64,000 bases of DNA from Bugula neritina (Eukaryota > Animalia > Bryozoa). Position numbers and translations under genes: made by a program. Below the pieces are notes generated by a model that saw nothing but the letters and a program-made list of their open reading frames with translations, did no database searches and was not told where the DNA came from. The DNA lies in contig CAXIUT010000097.1 of assembly GCA_964035545.1 (NCBI GenBank), positions 556,001 to 620,000 of the forward strand, read 5' to 3'. Every line of letters begins with the position of its first letter. Position 1 is the stretch's first letter. This document shows, piece by piece, positions 16,824-30,470 of the stretch.

Positions 16824-19800
16824 ACATACTGAAATAAGCTGTAGCATACTGAAATACTATGCAACACACTGAAGTATACTGCAAGATACAGAAATGTACT
16901 GTAACATACTGAAACATACGTCAACATACTGAAATGTAATGCAACATGCTGACATTTACTGCAACATACTGAAATACACTGTAACATATCGAATTACACT
17001 GCAACATACTGGAATATACTTCAACATACTGAAATATACTTAAAAATAATGAAACATACTAAAATATACTGCGACACATTGAAATATACTGCAACATACT
17101 AAAATACACTGTAACATACTGAAATGCACTGCAACATACTTCAACATACTGAAATACACTGGAACATATTGAAATACACTGCAACAAATTGAAATATACT
17201 GCAACACACTAAAAAATACAGCAACATACTGAAATATACTGCGACACATTGAAATATACTGCAATATGCTGAAATATATTGCAAGATACTCCAACATACT
17301 AAAATACACTGTGACATACTGAAATATACTACAACATACTGAAATAAACTGTAACATACTGAAATATACCGCAACATACTGAAATACACTGTAACATACT
17401 GAAATACACTGTAACATACGGGAATAAACTGCAACATACTACAACTCAATGAAGTACATTGTAACACACCGAAATGAACTGCAAAATACTGAAATATACT
17501 GTAACAAACCAGAACATACTGCAACATACTGAAATACACTTCGACATACTGAAATATACCTTGAAATATTGAAACATACTGAAATACACTGTAGGATATC
17601 GAAATACACTGCAACACATTGGACTAGACTGCAACATACCAAAAAATATGGTAACCCACTGAATTATATTGCAAACTACTGAAATATACTGCAACATACT
17701 GCAACTCAATGAAATACATTGTAACACACTGAAATAAACTGCAAAATACTGAAATATACTGTAACATACCGAAACATACTGCAACATACTGAAATATACT
17801 GCAACATACTGAAATATACTGCAACATACTACAACATACTGAATTACACTGGAACAGATTGAAATACATTGCAACACATTGAAATATATAGCAACACACT
17901 AAAAAATACAGCAACATACTGAAATATACTGCGACACATTGAAATATACTGCAACATACTGAAATATAATGCAAGATAGTGCAACATACTGAAATACACT
18001 GTGACATACTGAAATACACTGCAACATACTGTAAAATACTGCAACGTACTGAAATACACTGTAACCTATTGAAATACGCTGCAACACATTGAAATATAGT
18101 GCAATACACTGAAAAATACGGCAATATACTGAAATACACTGCGACACATTGAAATATACCGCAACAGACTGAAATATGCTGTAGGATACTGAAAAACACT
18201 GCAACATACTGAAATATACTTCAACATACTGAAATATACTTCAACATACTGAAATATACCTAAAACTACTGAAACATACTGAAATTCACTGTAGGATATT
18301 GAAATACACTGCAACACATTGGAATATCCTGCAACATTCCCAAACATATCGTAAACTAATGAAATATACTGTAACACAATGAAACAAACCGCAACATACT
18401 GAAATACGCCGCAACACACTGAAGTATACTGCAATATACAGAAACATACTGTAAAATACTGAAACGTACGACAACATACTGAATTACACTGCAACATACT
18501 GAAATATACCTTAAAATATTGAAACATACTGAAATACGCTGTAGGATATCATAATACACTGCAACACATTGGACTAGACTGCAACATACCAAAATATATG
18601 GTAACCCACTGAAATATATTGCAAACTACTGAAGTATACTGCAACATACTGCAATTCAATGAAATACATTGTAACACACTGAAATAAACTGCAAAATACT
18701 GAAATATACTGTAACATACCGAAACATACTGCAACATACTGAAATATACTGCAACATACTGAAATATACAGCAAGATACTGCAACATACTGAAATACACT
18801 TTAACATACTGAAATACACTGCAACATACTACAACATACTGAATTACACTGGAACAGATTGAAATACATTGCCACCTATTGAAATACGCTGGAACACATT
18901 GAAATATACTGCAATACACTGAAACATACTGCAATATACGGAAATATACTGCGACACACTGAAGTGTACTGTAAGATACCGAAATTTACCGTAACATACT
19001 GAAACATACGTCAACATACTGAAATACACTGCAACACATTGAAAGATACTGCAACAAATTGAAATATACTGCAACATACTGAAATAAACTGTAACATACT
19101 GAAATATACTGCAACATACTGAAATATGCTGTAGCATACTGAAATACACTGTAACATACTGAAATACACTACAACGTACTACAACTTGCTGGAATACACT
19201 GTAACATATTGAAATACATTGCCACACATTGAAATATACTGCAACACACTAGAAAATACGGCAACATACTGAAATATACTGCAACACACTGAAATATACT
19301 GCAATATACTGGAATATAATGCAAGATACTGCAACATGTTGAAATACGCTGTGCCATACTGAAGTATACTGTGATATACTGATATGTACTGTAAAATACT
19401 GAAACATACGACAACATACTTAAAAACACTGCAACATACTGAAATAAACTTCAACATACTGAAATATACCTAAAGATACTGAAACATACTGAAATTCACT
19501 GTAGGATAATGAAATACACTGCAACACATTGGAGTATACTGCAACGTTCCGAAATATATCGTAAACTACCGAAATATACTTTAACACAATGAAACATTCC
19601 GCAACATACTGAAATACGCTGCAACACTCTGAAGTATGCTGCAATATACAGAAACGTACTGTAAAATACTGAAACGTACTACAACATACTGAATTACACT
19701 GCAACATACTGAAATATACCTTAAAATACTGAAACATACTGAATTACTCTGTAGGATATCGAAATACACTGCAACCCATCGGACTAGACTGCAACATACC

Positions 19801-22800
19801 AAAATATATGGTAACCCACTGAAATATATTGCAAACTACTGAAATATACTGCAACATACTGCAACTCAATGAAATACATTGTAACAGACTGAAAAAAAAA
19901 GCAAAATACTGAAATATACTGTAACATACCAAAGCATACTGCAACATACTGAAATATACTGCAACATACTGAATTTAACTGCAAATTACTGCAACATACT
20001 GAAATACACTGTAACATACTGAAATGCACTGCAACATACTGCAACATACTAAAATACACTGGAACATATTGAAATACACTGCAACAGATTGAAATAAACT
20101 GCAACACACTAAAAAATACAGCAACATACTGAAATATACTGCGACACATCGAAATATACTGCAATATACTGAAATATAATGCAAGAAACTCCAACATACT
20201 GAAATACAATGTGACATACTGAAATACACTGCAGCATACTAGAACATACTGGAATACACTGTAATGTATTGAAATACACTGCAACACATGGAATTATAGT
20301 GCAACATACTGAGATGTATGGTAAACTACTGAAATATACTGTAACACATTGAAAAATATTGCAACATACTGAAATACAATGCAACACCCTGAAGTATACT
20401 GCAAGAGACAGAGATGTACTGTAACATACTGAAACATACCTAAATATGCTGTAATATACTGAAATATACTGCAACACACTGAAACATACGGCAACATACT
20501 GAAATATACTGCGACACATTGAAATACATTGCAACATACTGAAATATGCTGTAGCATACTGAAATACTCTGCAACACACTGAAGTATACTGCAAGATACA
20601 GAAATGTACTGTAACATACTGAAACATACCTAAATATGCTGTAATATACTGAAATATACTGCAACACACTGAAACATACGGCAACATACTGAAATACGCT
20701 GCAACACACTGAAGTATACTGCAATATACAGAAACATACTGAAAATACTGCAACGTACGACAACATACTGAATTACACTGCAACATACTGAAATATACTT
20801 TAAAATATTGAAACATACTGAATTACACTGTAGGATATCGAAATACACTGCAACCCATCGGACTAGACTGCAACATACCAAAATATATGGTAACCCACTG
20901 AAATATATTGCAAACTACTGAAATATACTGCAACATAGTGCAACTCAATGAAATACATTGTAACAGACTGAAATAAACTGCAAAATACTGAAATATACTG
21001 TAACATACCAAAGCATACTTCAACATACTGAAATATACTGCAACATACTGAATTTAACTGCAAATTACTGCAACATACTGAAATACACTGTAACATACTA
21101 AAATGCACTGCAACATACTGCAACATACTGAAATACACTGGAACATATTGAAATACACTGCAACAGATTGAAATATACTGCAACACACTAAAAATTACAG
21201 CAACATACTGAAATATACTGTGACACATCGAAATATACTGCAATATACTGAAATATAATGCAAGAAACTCCAACATACTGAAATACAATGTGACATACTG
21301 AAATACACTGCAACATACTAGAACATACTGGAATACACTGTAATGTATTGAAATACACTGCAACACATGGAATTATAGTGCAACATACTGAGATATATGG
21401 TAAACTACTGAAATATACTGTAACACATTGAAAGATATCGCAACATACTGAAATATAATGCAACACCCTGAAGTATACTGCAAGAGACAGAGATGTACTG
21501 CAACATACTGAAACATACCTAAATATGCTGTAATATACTGAAATATACTGCAACACACTGAAACATACGGCAACATACTGAAATATACTGCGACACATTG
21601 AAATACATTGCAACATACTGAAATATGCTGTAGCATACTGAAATACTCTGCAACACACTGAAGTATACTGCAAGATACAGAAATGTACTGCTACATACTG
21701 AAACATACGTCAACATACTGAAATAATATGCTGCAACATGCTGAAATACACTGTAACGTACTGAATTACACTGCAACATACTGAAATATACTTCAACATA
21801 CTGAAATATACTTAAAAATAATGAAACATACTGAAATATACTGCGACACATTGAAAAATACTGCAACATACTGAATTATGCTGTAGCAAACTGAAATAGA
21901 CTGCAACACACTGAAGTATACTCTAAGATACTTAAACATACTGCAACATACTGAAATACATGGTGACATACTGAAGTATACTGTAAGACACTGAAATGTA
22001 CTTTAAAATACTGAAACATACGACAACATACTGAAAAATACTGCAACATACTGATATATACTTCAACATACTGAAATATACTTCAACATACTGAAATATA
22101 CCTACAAATACTGAAACATACTGAAATTCACTGTAGGATATTGAAATACACTGCAACACAATGGAATATACTGCAACATTCCGAAATATATCGTAAACTA
22201 CTGAAATATACTGTAACACAATGAAACATACCGCAACATACTGAAATACGCTGCAACACACTTAAGTATACTGCAATATACAGAAACATACTGAAAATAC
22301 TGCAACGTACGACAACATACTGAATTACACTGCAACATACTGAAATATACCTTAAAATATTGAAACATACTGAATTACACTGTAGGATATCGAAATACAC
22401 TGCAACCCATCGGACTAGACTGCAACATACCAAAATATATGGTAACCCACTGAAATATATTGCAAACTACTGAAATATACTGCAACATACTGCAACTCAA
22501 TGAAATACATTGTAACAGACTGAAATAAACTGCAAAATACTGAAATATACTGTAACGTACCAAAGCATACTGCAACATACTGAATTTAACTGCAAATTAC
22601 TGCGACATACTGAAATACACTGTAACATACTGAAATGCACTGCAACATACTGCAACATACTGAAATACACTGGAACATATTGAAATACACTGCAACAGAT
22701 TGAAATATACTGCAACACACTAAAAAATACAGCAACATACTGAAATATACTGCGACACATCGAAATATACTGCAATATACTGAAATATAATGCAAGAAAC

Positions 22801-24516
22801 TCCAACATACTGAAATACACTGTGACATACTGAAATACACTGCAACATACTAGATCATACTGGAATACACTGTAATGTATTGAAATACACTGCAACACAT
22901 GGAATTATAGTGCAACATACTGAGATATATGGTAAACTACTGAAATATACTGTAACACATTGAAAAATATCGCAACATACTGAAATACAATGCAACACCC
23001 TGAAGTATACCGCAAGAGACAGAGATGTACTGTAACATACTGAAAAATACCTAAATATGCTGTAATATACTGAAATATACTGCAACACACTGAAACATAC
23101 GGCAACATACTGAAATATACTGCGACACATTGAAATACATTGCAACATACTGAAATATGCTGTAGCATACTGAAATACTCTGCAACACACTGAAGTATAC
23201 TGCAAGATACAGAAATGTACTGTAACATACTGAAACATACGTCAACATACTGAAATAATATGCTGCAACATGATGAGATTTACTGCAACATACTGAAATA
23301 CACTCTAACGTACTGAATTGCACTGCAACATACTGAATTACACTGCAACATACTGAAATATACTTCGACACACTGAAATATACTTAAAAATAATGAAACA
23401 TACTGAAATATACTGCGACACATTGAAAAATACTGCAACATACTGAAATATGCTGTAGCAAACTGAAATAGACTGCAACACACTGAAGTATACTGTAATA
23501 TACAAAAATGTACTGTAAAATACTGAAATATACTTCAAAATACTGGAATATACTGCAAGATATTGCAACATACTGAAGTACATTGTAATAGATTGAAATA
23601 CACTGCAACATACAGCAACATATTGCAACATACTGAAATATACTGCAAGATGCTGCAAAATACTGAAAAACACCATAACATACTGAAATGTACTGCAACA
23701 TACTGACATATACTGCAACATATCGAAGTATATCATAATATACGGACATGTACTGTAACATACTGAAACATTCTGAAATCTACTGAAACATACTGAAATA
23801 TACTGGAACATACCTAAACATACTGCAACATAATGAAATATACTGTAACACACTGAAATATAAGGCAAAATACTGAATTATGTTGTAACATACTAAAACA
23901 TACCGCAACATACTGAAATACACTGGAACACACTGAAGTATACTGTAATATACAGAAATGTACTGTAAATTACTGAAACATACGACAACGTACCGAAATA
24001 AACTGCAACATACTGAATTACACTGCAACATACTGAAATATACTTCGACACACTGAAATATACTTAAAAATATTGAAACATACTGAAATACACTGTAGGA
24101 TAGTAAAATACACTGCAACACTTTTGAATATACTGCAACATACCGAAATATATGGTAACCTACTGAAATCTACTGTAACATACTGAAACATACTGCAACA
24201 TACTGAAATACACTGTGACATACTGAAATACACTGCAACATACTGAAAAACACTGGAACATACTGAAATACACTGTAGCATACTGAAATACACTGCAACA
24301 CATTGGAATAAACTGCAACATACCTAAATATACAGTAATATACTGAAATATACTGTAACACATTGAAAAACACTGCAACATACTGAAATATGCTGTAGCA
24401 CACTGAAATACACTGCAACTCACTGAAATATAGTGTAATATACAGAGAAATTTACTGTAACATACTAAATTATACTGCAACACACTGAAATATACTGCAA
24501 CATACTGCAACAAACT
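16824..24516 (+). repeat. Satellite A, more diverged segment with ~1.08-kb and ~2.6-kb higher-order duplications
   Basis: Same decamers. The diagnostic variant GCAACCCATCGGACTAGACTG recurs at about 19771, 20850 and 22402. Confidence 0.97.
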
Positions 24517-24706
24517 TGTTATAGCATGATGTTGCATAAAGCTAAAAGATGTAATGGCTTTTTCATGTTAGCTTCAGCGCCTATTTTGTTTATTTATATA
24601 CAGCTATATCAGTTTTTTTGTGCAAGTTAATATATAAGGTGGTAACACTTCTACTGTTTTCATTGTAAATTATTTTATGTGCAATACACCTGTTTGAAAC
24701 ACAACA
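24517..24706 (+). repeat. 5' LTR
   Basis: TGTT...AACA termini; direct repeat of 29021-29207 with about 12 substitutions by eye. Confidence 0.92.
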
Positions 24707-24711
24707 GATTT

Positions 24712-24730
24712 TGGTGACGAGGATAGGATT
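24712..24730 (+). promoter_or_regulatory. Primer-binding site, probably tRNA-Ser(GCT)
   Basis: TGGTGACGAGGATAGGATT lies 5 nt after the LTR. It matches the recalled complement of the metazoan tRNA-Ser(GCT) 3' end (TGGCGACGAGGATGGGATT) at 17 of 19 positions. Confidence 0.75.
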
Positions 24731-24833
24731 AGCTTCAAGGATTTTTAACTGATCATTTACTTTTACTTTACGCGGTTATCATCAGAATCTTCAAATCTTC
24801 AAAGACTCTTCATTTAGACATACTTCAAAAATT

Positions 24834-26297
24834 ATGTCTACACCTACAGATCAACTGACAGGTTTGCTAACCCAGCAGTTGGCACAGCAAAAGAAACAGC
24901 TGGATTTGCAGAAGCAACAGATGGAACAGCAAGAAGCAAGGATGGAATAGCAGCAAACAGAAAATTGGGAGCTGATTCAACTACTCACCAAGTCAGCAGA
25001 GAAGAAAACCCCAGCATCAACCCTGAATTTTGCAGCATTTGATCTAAGTACAGAACTACTGACTCAGTATTCAGCAAGATTCACCACCTTCATTGGAGCC
25101 AACTTAATCGCAGAGGATAAAATACCACAATTATTTTTGACAAACCAATCAACAGCCATCTACAAGCGGTTGAGTGATTGGGGGGAGCAGCAGACACCAA
25201 AGAAGGAGATAAACAAACTGACGATGAATGAAGTTAACAACTACATGATGACACAATACAACCCAAGGACATTCATCATGAGAGAAAGATACAGGTTTTG
25301 GCACGTCATGAAAAGGAAGCCAGGGGAGATTATTCCAGAACTAGCAGCTAGGATTCGACATGACGCAACAACTTGTGACTTTTCTTCAATTACTGACCCA
25401 CAAGATGAAGCACTTGGTACCAGATTTATATGCTCAATAGGAAATGAAGCTATACTGAAGACAATCTTTAAACTGAAGGACGGAGATCTCACTTTCAACA
25501 GAGCTACTGAAATTGCTGTGGAAACTGAAGAAGCAGCTAAAGTAGCTAAAGAAACTGTTCACGGAGAGGTCAACGCTCTCCATAAAGTCAGCAAGAAGAA
25601 GAAGACGACTCCAAGCTCTACACCAACGACCCAGCCAACACAGATCAACAAACCCTGTTGTCGCTGTGGAAAGGCAAATCACCAGCCAGCAGAATGCAGA
25701 TACAAAAGTTCTACATGCAACTACTGCAAACTCACTGGACATCTTGAAATTGTATGCCGAAAGAAGAAGATGAATGACAGCAAACCACTCAAAGTTATCA
25801 GGACCTTAAATACTATGAACACAGTTCCTCAACTACAAGTAGATGTAACTCTACAACGTCAACCTTTTCAATTAGAAGTCGACACTGGAGCAGGAGACAA
25901 CTTCTTGTCTTTAGAGAACTGGAAAAGACTAGGATCACCTAATCTTCAATCACAACAGATGCATTATGAATCAGCTACCCATCATCCAATTGACATCATG
26001 GGAACCTGTGAACTCTTCACCAAATTCAGAGACCAGCAGGAGAAGAAACTTCAATTCTTCATCAGCAGAATACCCAACCTAAACCTACTCGGCAGAGATG
26101 GAATTCAACAATTGGGAGTTTCTGTGGATTTCTTGATGCAGCCTACAGATGGAAAAGACATCAGCAAAGATGTTCATAATGTCAACCTCAATCTCAAGGA
26201 ATCCTGTAAAAAACTAACAATGGAGTTCAGCAGCCTCTTCAAATCAGAACTGGGATGCCTCAAAGATTTTGAATTTCAAATTCAAGAAAGATGCTAA
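24834..26297 (+). pseudogene. gag: gag-protease region of the Gypsy element
   Basis: ATG at 24834 is in frame with ORF 25137, with a premature TAG at 24948. Zinc knuckles CCRCGKANHQPAEC and CNYCKLTGHLEIVC; aspartic protease motif VDTGA; frameshift near 26270. Confidence 0.9.
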
Positions 26298-27489
26298 GCC
26301 AGTATTCTGCAAACCCCGACCTGTACCTTACGCCATTCAAGAAGACTTAACTCAAGCCTATGATGTTGGAATTGCTAAAGGAGTATGGGAGCCAGTGCAG
26401 TTCAATTCCTATGGCACACCAGTAGTTCCTATACGCAAAGCACAACTACCTGGACAGCCAAGGCCAAAGCTACGTGTATGTGGAGACTACTCTGTTTCAG
26501 GCAACTCTCAACTAGAGGATCATTGTCAACCAATTCTTTTACCAGAAGACCTGATGAGGAAACTTGGAGGAGGACATGGTTTCTCGAAGATTGACTTGGC
26601 AGACACATACAATCAGATTCCTCTAGCTCCAGAAAGCCAAAGAAGGTTGGCTCTCAGCACTCATCGTGGTGTTCTACTACAGAAGCGCTTACCTTTTGGT
26701 ATCAGCTCAGCACCCGGTTATTTCCAGGAGATTATGGAGCAGCTCACACGTGATCTACCCGGAGTAGCAGTCTATTTGGATGACATTCTAGTCAGTAGAG
26801 CCACAGATCACATCACAAATCTACGAAGATTATTGCAACAGCTGCAAGACCGAGGATTAAGATGCAAACTAGAGAAATGTGTATTTGCAGAACAGTCAGT
26901 AGAATACCTGGAACACAAGCTTTCTGACAAAAGTATAGAAAAAGGATCTGGTGTAGAAGCTTTGAAGAAGATGCCAGCCCCGTCTAATGATAGAAGCTTG
27001 AAATCCTTCCTAGGATCTGTACAGTTCTGCCACAAGTTCTTGCCGGATCTTTCCACAGTCACATCACCACTTCAAAAGTTATTGCAGAAAGGAGAGCAAT
27101 GGCAGTGGGGTACTATGCAGCAAACATCATTTTTACAACTGAAGAAGATGTTAAGCAGTGATCTGGTATTAGCACACTATGACCCCTCTCTACAAATTGG
27201 TATATCCTGTGATGCATCAGAAGTTGGAATTGGAGTTGTGTTGGTTCATCGTTACCAAGACGGGACAGAGCGACCAATTGCCCATGCCAGCAAAACTCTG
27301 ACAAAAACTCAGCAAAGATACAGTCAAGTACAGAAGGAAGCACTCTCAATCATATTTGGAATCACCAAGTTTCATCAGTTTCTGTATGGAAGAAGCTTTG
27401 TATTGGTTACAGATCACCGACCACTACTGGCAATCTTTGGACCCAACAAAGCAACACCAGCTATGGCAGCCAACAGACTTGCTAGATGA
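26269..27489 (+). pseudogene. pol: Reverse transcriptase / RNase H of the Gypsy element
   Basis: KIDLAD, RLPFGISSAPGYFQ and YLDD; RNase H motifs CDAS, KEALSII and TDHRPL. Ends at a TGA (likely from TGG) after RLAR. Confidence 0.95.
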
Positions 27490-28988
27490 GCACTCACTCT
27501 CAGCCAATACAAGTACACCATTGAACACAGAAAGACCTCGGACCACGGCAATGCAGACGTACTGAGTCGCCTACCAATGGGATCAGACGATGGCTTTGAT
27601 AAGGAGGAAGAAGGTGTTGATATCGACACAGTTTGCACAATAAAGACTATTGGAAAGCAGCTGAAACCCTCAGATCTTGGAGTTCTAAAGAAAGAGACGG
27701 CCAAAGATCCAGTACTCAGCACCGTGATGCGATACACTATGGAAGGATGGATGGATGGTGAAGAAAGCAAGGAATCGTCAGAAACAATCGCTGATGGCTA
27801 CACCATTAAAGACTTCAAGAAGATCGCAACCTCACTGACAGTTGAAAGCGGATGCCTACTCTATGGAGCAAGAATTGTCATACCTTTATCCCTGCAGAAA
27901 CAAGTGTTAGAAATACTACATATGAGACACTTTGGCAGACAACGTATGAAGCAACTTGCCCGCACAGCAGTCTATGGGCCAAGATTAGACAACGACATTA
28001 CAGAATTGTCACAGCAATGCTCAACCTGCGGAGAGCATCAAAACCAGAAAAAGAAGTCACCAGTTCACCCTTGGATGATGCCTAAAAAGCCATGGAGCAG
28101 ACTACACGTAGACCATGCAATCAACTTTATGGGAACAAATTGGCTAGTGCTTGTGGATGCATTCACCAACTATTCTTGCATTCATCCTACGAGCTCTTAT
28201 TAACCAAGATGAAAACTAACTTATTGGAGACAAACTTCGCTCACTTTGGTTACCCTCATACCATAGTGACAGATAATGGACCCAGTTTCACGTCAGAAGA
28301 ATTTCAACAGTGGTGTAAAAATTGAGGAATTGTCAACCTAAGAGGAGCGCCTTATCATCCGGCTACCAATGGAGCAGCAGAACGACTAGTAGAATCCTTC
28401 AAGCAGTCGCTGAGAAAGTCTACACTTCTACCCAGGGAGGCCCTCCAACAGTTTCTAATGCAATACAGAAGAACACCATTGCTATATGGATTTTCTCCAA
28501 GTGAGCTACTGAATGGGCAATAGATCAGAACCAAAATAGTTGTTCTACTTCCCTCTCCAGCACACCTATCTCAAAGACATCAGATGCAACAGAACAAGAC
28601 TACCAACAAACTACACTGCTACACAGTTGGAACGCCTTGCTATGCTCTATACTATGGGCCTAGAAGAGACAGACAACCCAAGTGGATCAAGGCAGTTGTA
28701 ATCAAAGTTTTGGGGAGCCGCTCTGTGAATGTGAAAGTCATACCTAAAGGACCAGTTTGGAAACGACACATTGACCAACTCTGTTCACGACATTCCAGTA
28801 CAGAAGATACAGAGCCACCTGATGATTTGATGGTTACCACTGAAAATACTGCACAACAAGAGAAAACACCAGAGCCAGATCCTGTACCCTCACAACCTAG
28901 ACGCAATCCTAGACAACCAGATGGTGATGAATATACCAGGGACCATCCAAGACATTCAACCAGAACCCGATGGCAAACTAGACGCTAA
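27490..28988 (+). pseudogene. pol: Integrase region of the Gypsy element (frameshifted)
   Basis: HHCC (LH..H..C..C), PWSRLHVDHA, VTDNGPSFTS, YHPATNGAAER and C-terminal WKRHIDQL. Disruptions near 28200, 28323 and 28521. Confidence 0.92.
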
Positions 28989-29020
28989 AAGAGACATAGT
29001 GCTTTAAGCTAGTCGGCAGG

Positions 29021-29207
29021 TGTTATAGCATGACATTGCATAAAGCTGAAAGATGTAATGGCTTTTTCATGTTAGCTTCAGCCCTTATTTTGTTTATTTA
29101 TATACAGCTATATCCGCTTTTCTGTGCAAGTTAATATATAAGGTGGTAAAACTTCTACTGTTTTCATTGTAATTTATTTTATGATCAATACACCTGTTTG
29201 AAACACA
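29021..29207 (+). repeat. 3' LTR (last few bases merge with the satellite)
   Basis: Direct repeat of the 5' LTR, preceded by a degenerate purine-rich tract (AGTCGGCAGG). Confidence 0.9.
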
Positions 29208-29715
29208 CTGAAGTGTACTGCAACATACTGAAATATACTGCAACATACTACAACATACTGAAATACACTGTAACAAATTGAAATACACTGCAACACATTG
29301 AACTATACTCAACATACCGAAATATATGGTAAACTACTGAAATATACTGTTACACATTGAAAAATACTGCGACATTCTGAAATATACTGTAACACACTGA
29401 AATATACTGCAAAATACTGAAATACACTGTAACATACTGAAATAAACAGCAACATACTGAATTACACTGCAAAATACTGAAATATACTGCAACATACTGA
29501 AATATGCTGTAGCATACTGAAATACACTGCAACACACTGAAGTATACTGTAATAATATACAAAGATGTACTGTAAAATACTGAAATATACTTAATCATAC
29601 TGAAATATACCTAAAAATATTGAAACGTACTGAAATACACTGTAACATACTGAGATACACTGCAACACATTGGAATATACTGCAACATACCGAAACATAT
29701 GGTAACCCACTAAAA
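29208..29715 (+). repeat. Satellite A
   Basis: Decamer array resumes after the LTR. Confidence 0.95.
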
Positions 29716-30470
29716 CACAGGATAGTTAAGGGCAACCTTTTAGCTGCGACTGCCTTGCTGAGGTTTGCATTGTAACCATATAAGAATTCAGTACCAGTAA
29801 GATAAAATCTCACCTAATTGTGCTAGAGTCAAAATTTAAAAACTATGTTGTAGATCTTCTTTTTCCCCAGCGTAACTTTTTGGAAATTTCAATTTTCATT
29901 TTTTTTGCGAAGTTATAGACAAAAAACTTCCCAATTTTGGCCAATTTTGCCTGAAAAGTTGACTTTTCTGTACCAGTAAAATATCTCAGCAGGAAAACAT
30001 GATATCTGAATAAAAATTGCACTGCTGGAATCCTGAGATATTTCTCCAGTGCAATTTTTTTTCTTTTTCCAATAACTCCTCTAGATTGCCCATAAATTGG
30101 TGATCTATACACTGAAAATGTTATATTTTTTCATAGAAAATTAGCAGCGCGCAGTGCTTCACGCTTCAATGAGCATGTAGGGGTGAGAAGATATTGGCGC
30201 GTACATGCTAATTACAGGCTTACTAGCTGGCAGGCTATAATGAATAGCTTGCTTTGTACTTTGTTTATGTAACACCATTAATTGAATGTTGATAGATTAC
30301 GCAGTCCTAATGAAGGTTGCTGCTTATTGGTTTTAGTTTGACCTTAGGCTAAACATTTGCAAGTACGCAACACGCATGCCACCCACAAAGCCATATTATT
30401 CAAGAACCTAAACTACATTTTGAGAGAAATTTATGATATTCTTAGTGAGGATGCCCTTAACTATCCTGTG
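29716..30470. mobile_element. Non-autonomous DNA transposon family 1 (CACAG ends, CMC/EnSpm-like), copy 1, 755 bp
   Basis: Perfect 19-bp TIR CACAGGATAGTTAAGGGCA / TGCCCTTAACTATCCTGTG; 2-bp TSD AA; second copy at 38368. Confidence 0.92.

Larger units (their letters stand above)
24517..29207 (+). mobile_element. Full-length but decayed Ty3/Gypsy LTR retrotransposon (Mag-like)
   Basis: Paired ~190-bp LTRs starting TGTTATAGCATGA, a PBS, and gag (two CCHC knuckles)-PR-RT-RNaseH-IN domain order. Several stops and frameshifts. Confidence 0.96.

Noticed and set aside
1-24516. CRISPR array or telomeric repeat
   Set aside because: No constant repeat with unique spacers, no cas genes and a eukaryotic TE context. 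The unit is too heterogeneous and lacks the G-runs of telomerase repeats.
32-24537. Hundreds of overlapping Cys/Tyr/Ser/Val/Gln/Phe-rich ORFs (MLQYISVCCS...)
   Set aside because: The reverse strand of the decamers rarely contains stops, so all three frames open equally. The ORFs flip strand wherever the satellite inverts.
25241-28906. Antisense and alternate-frame ORFs within the Gypsy element; programmed gag-pol frameshift at about 26270
   Set aside because: These are shadow ORFs of pol. The shift falls between protease and RT in an element with multiple other lesions, so decay is more likely.
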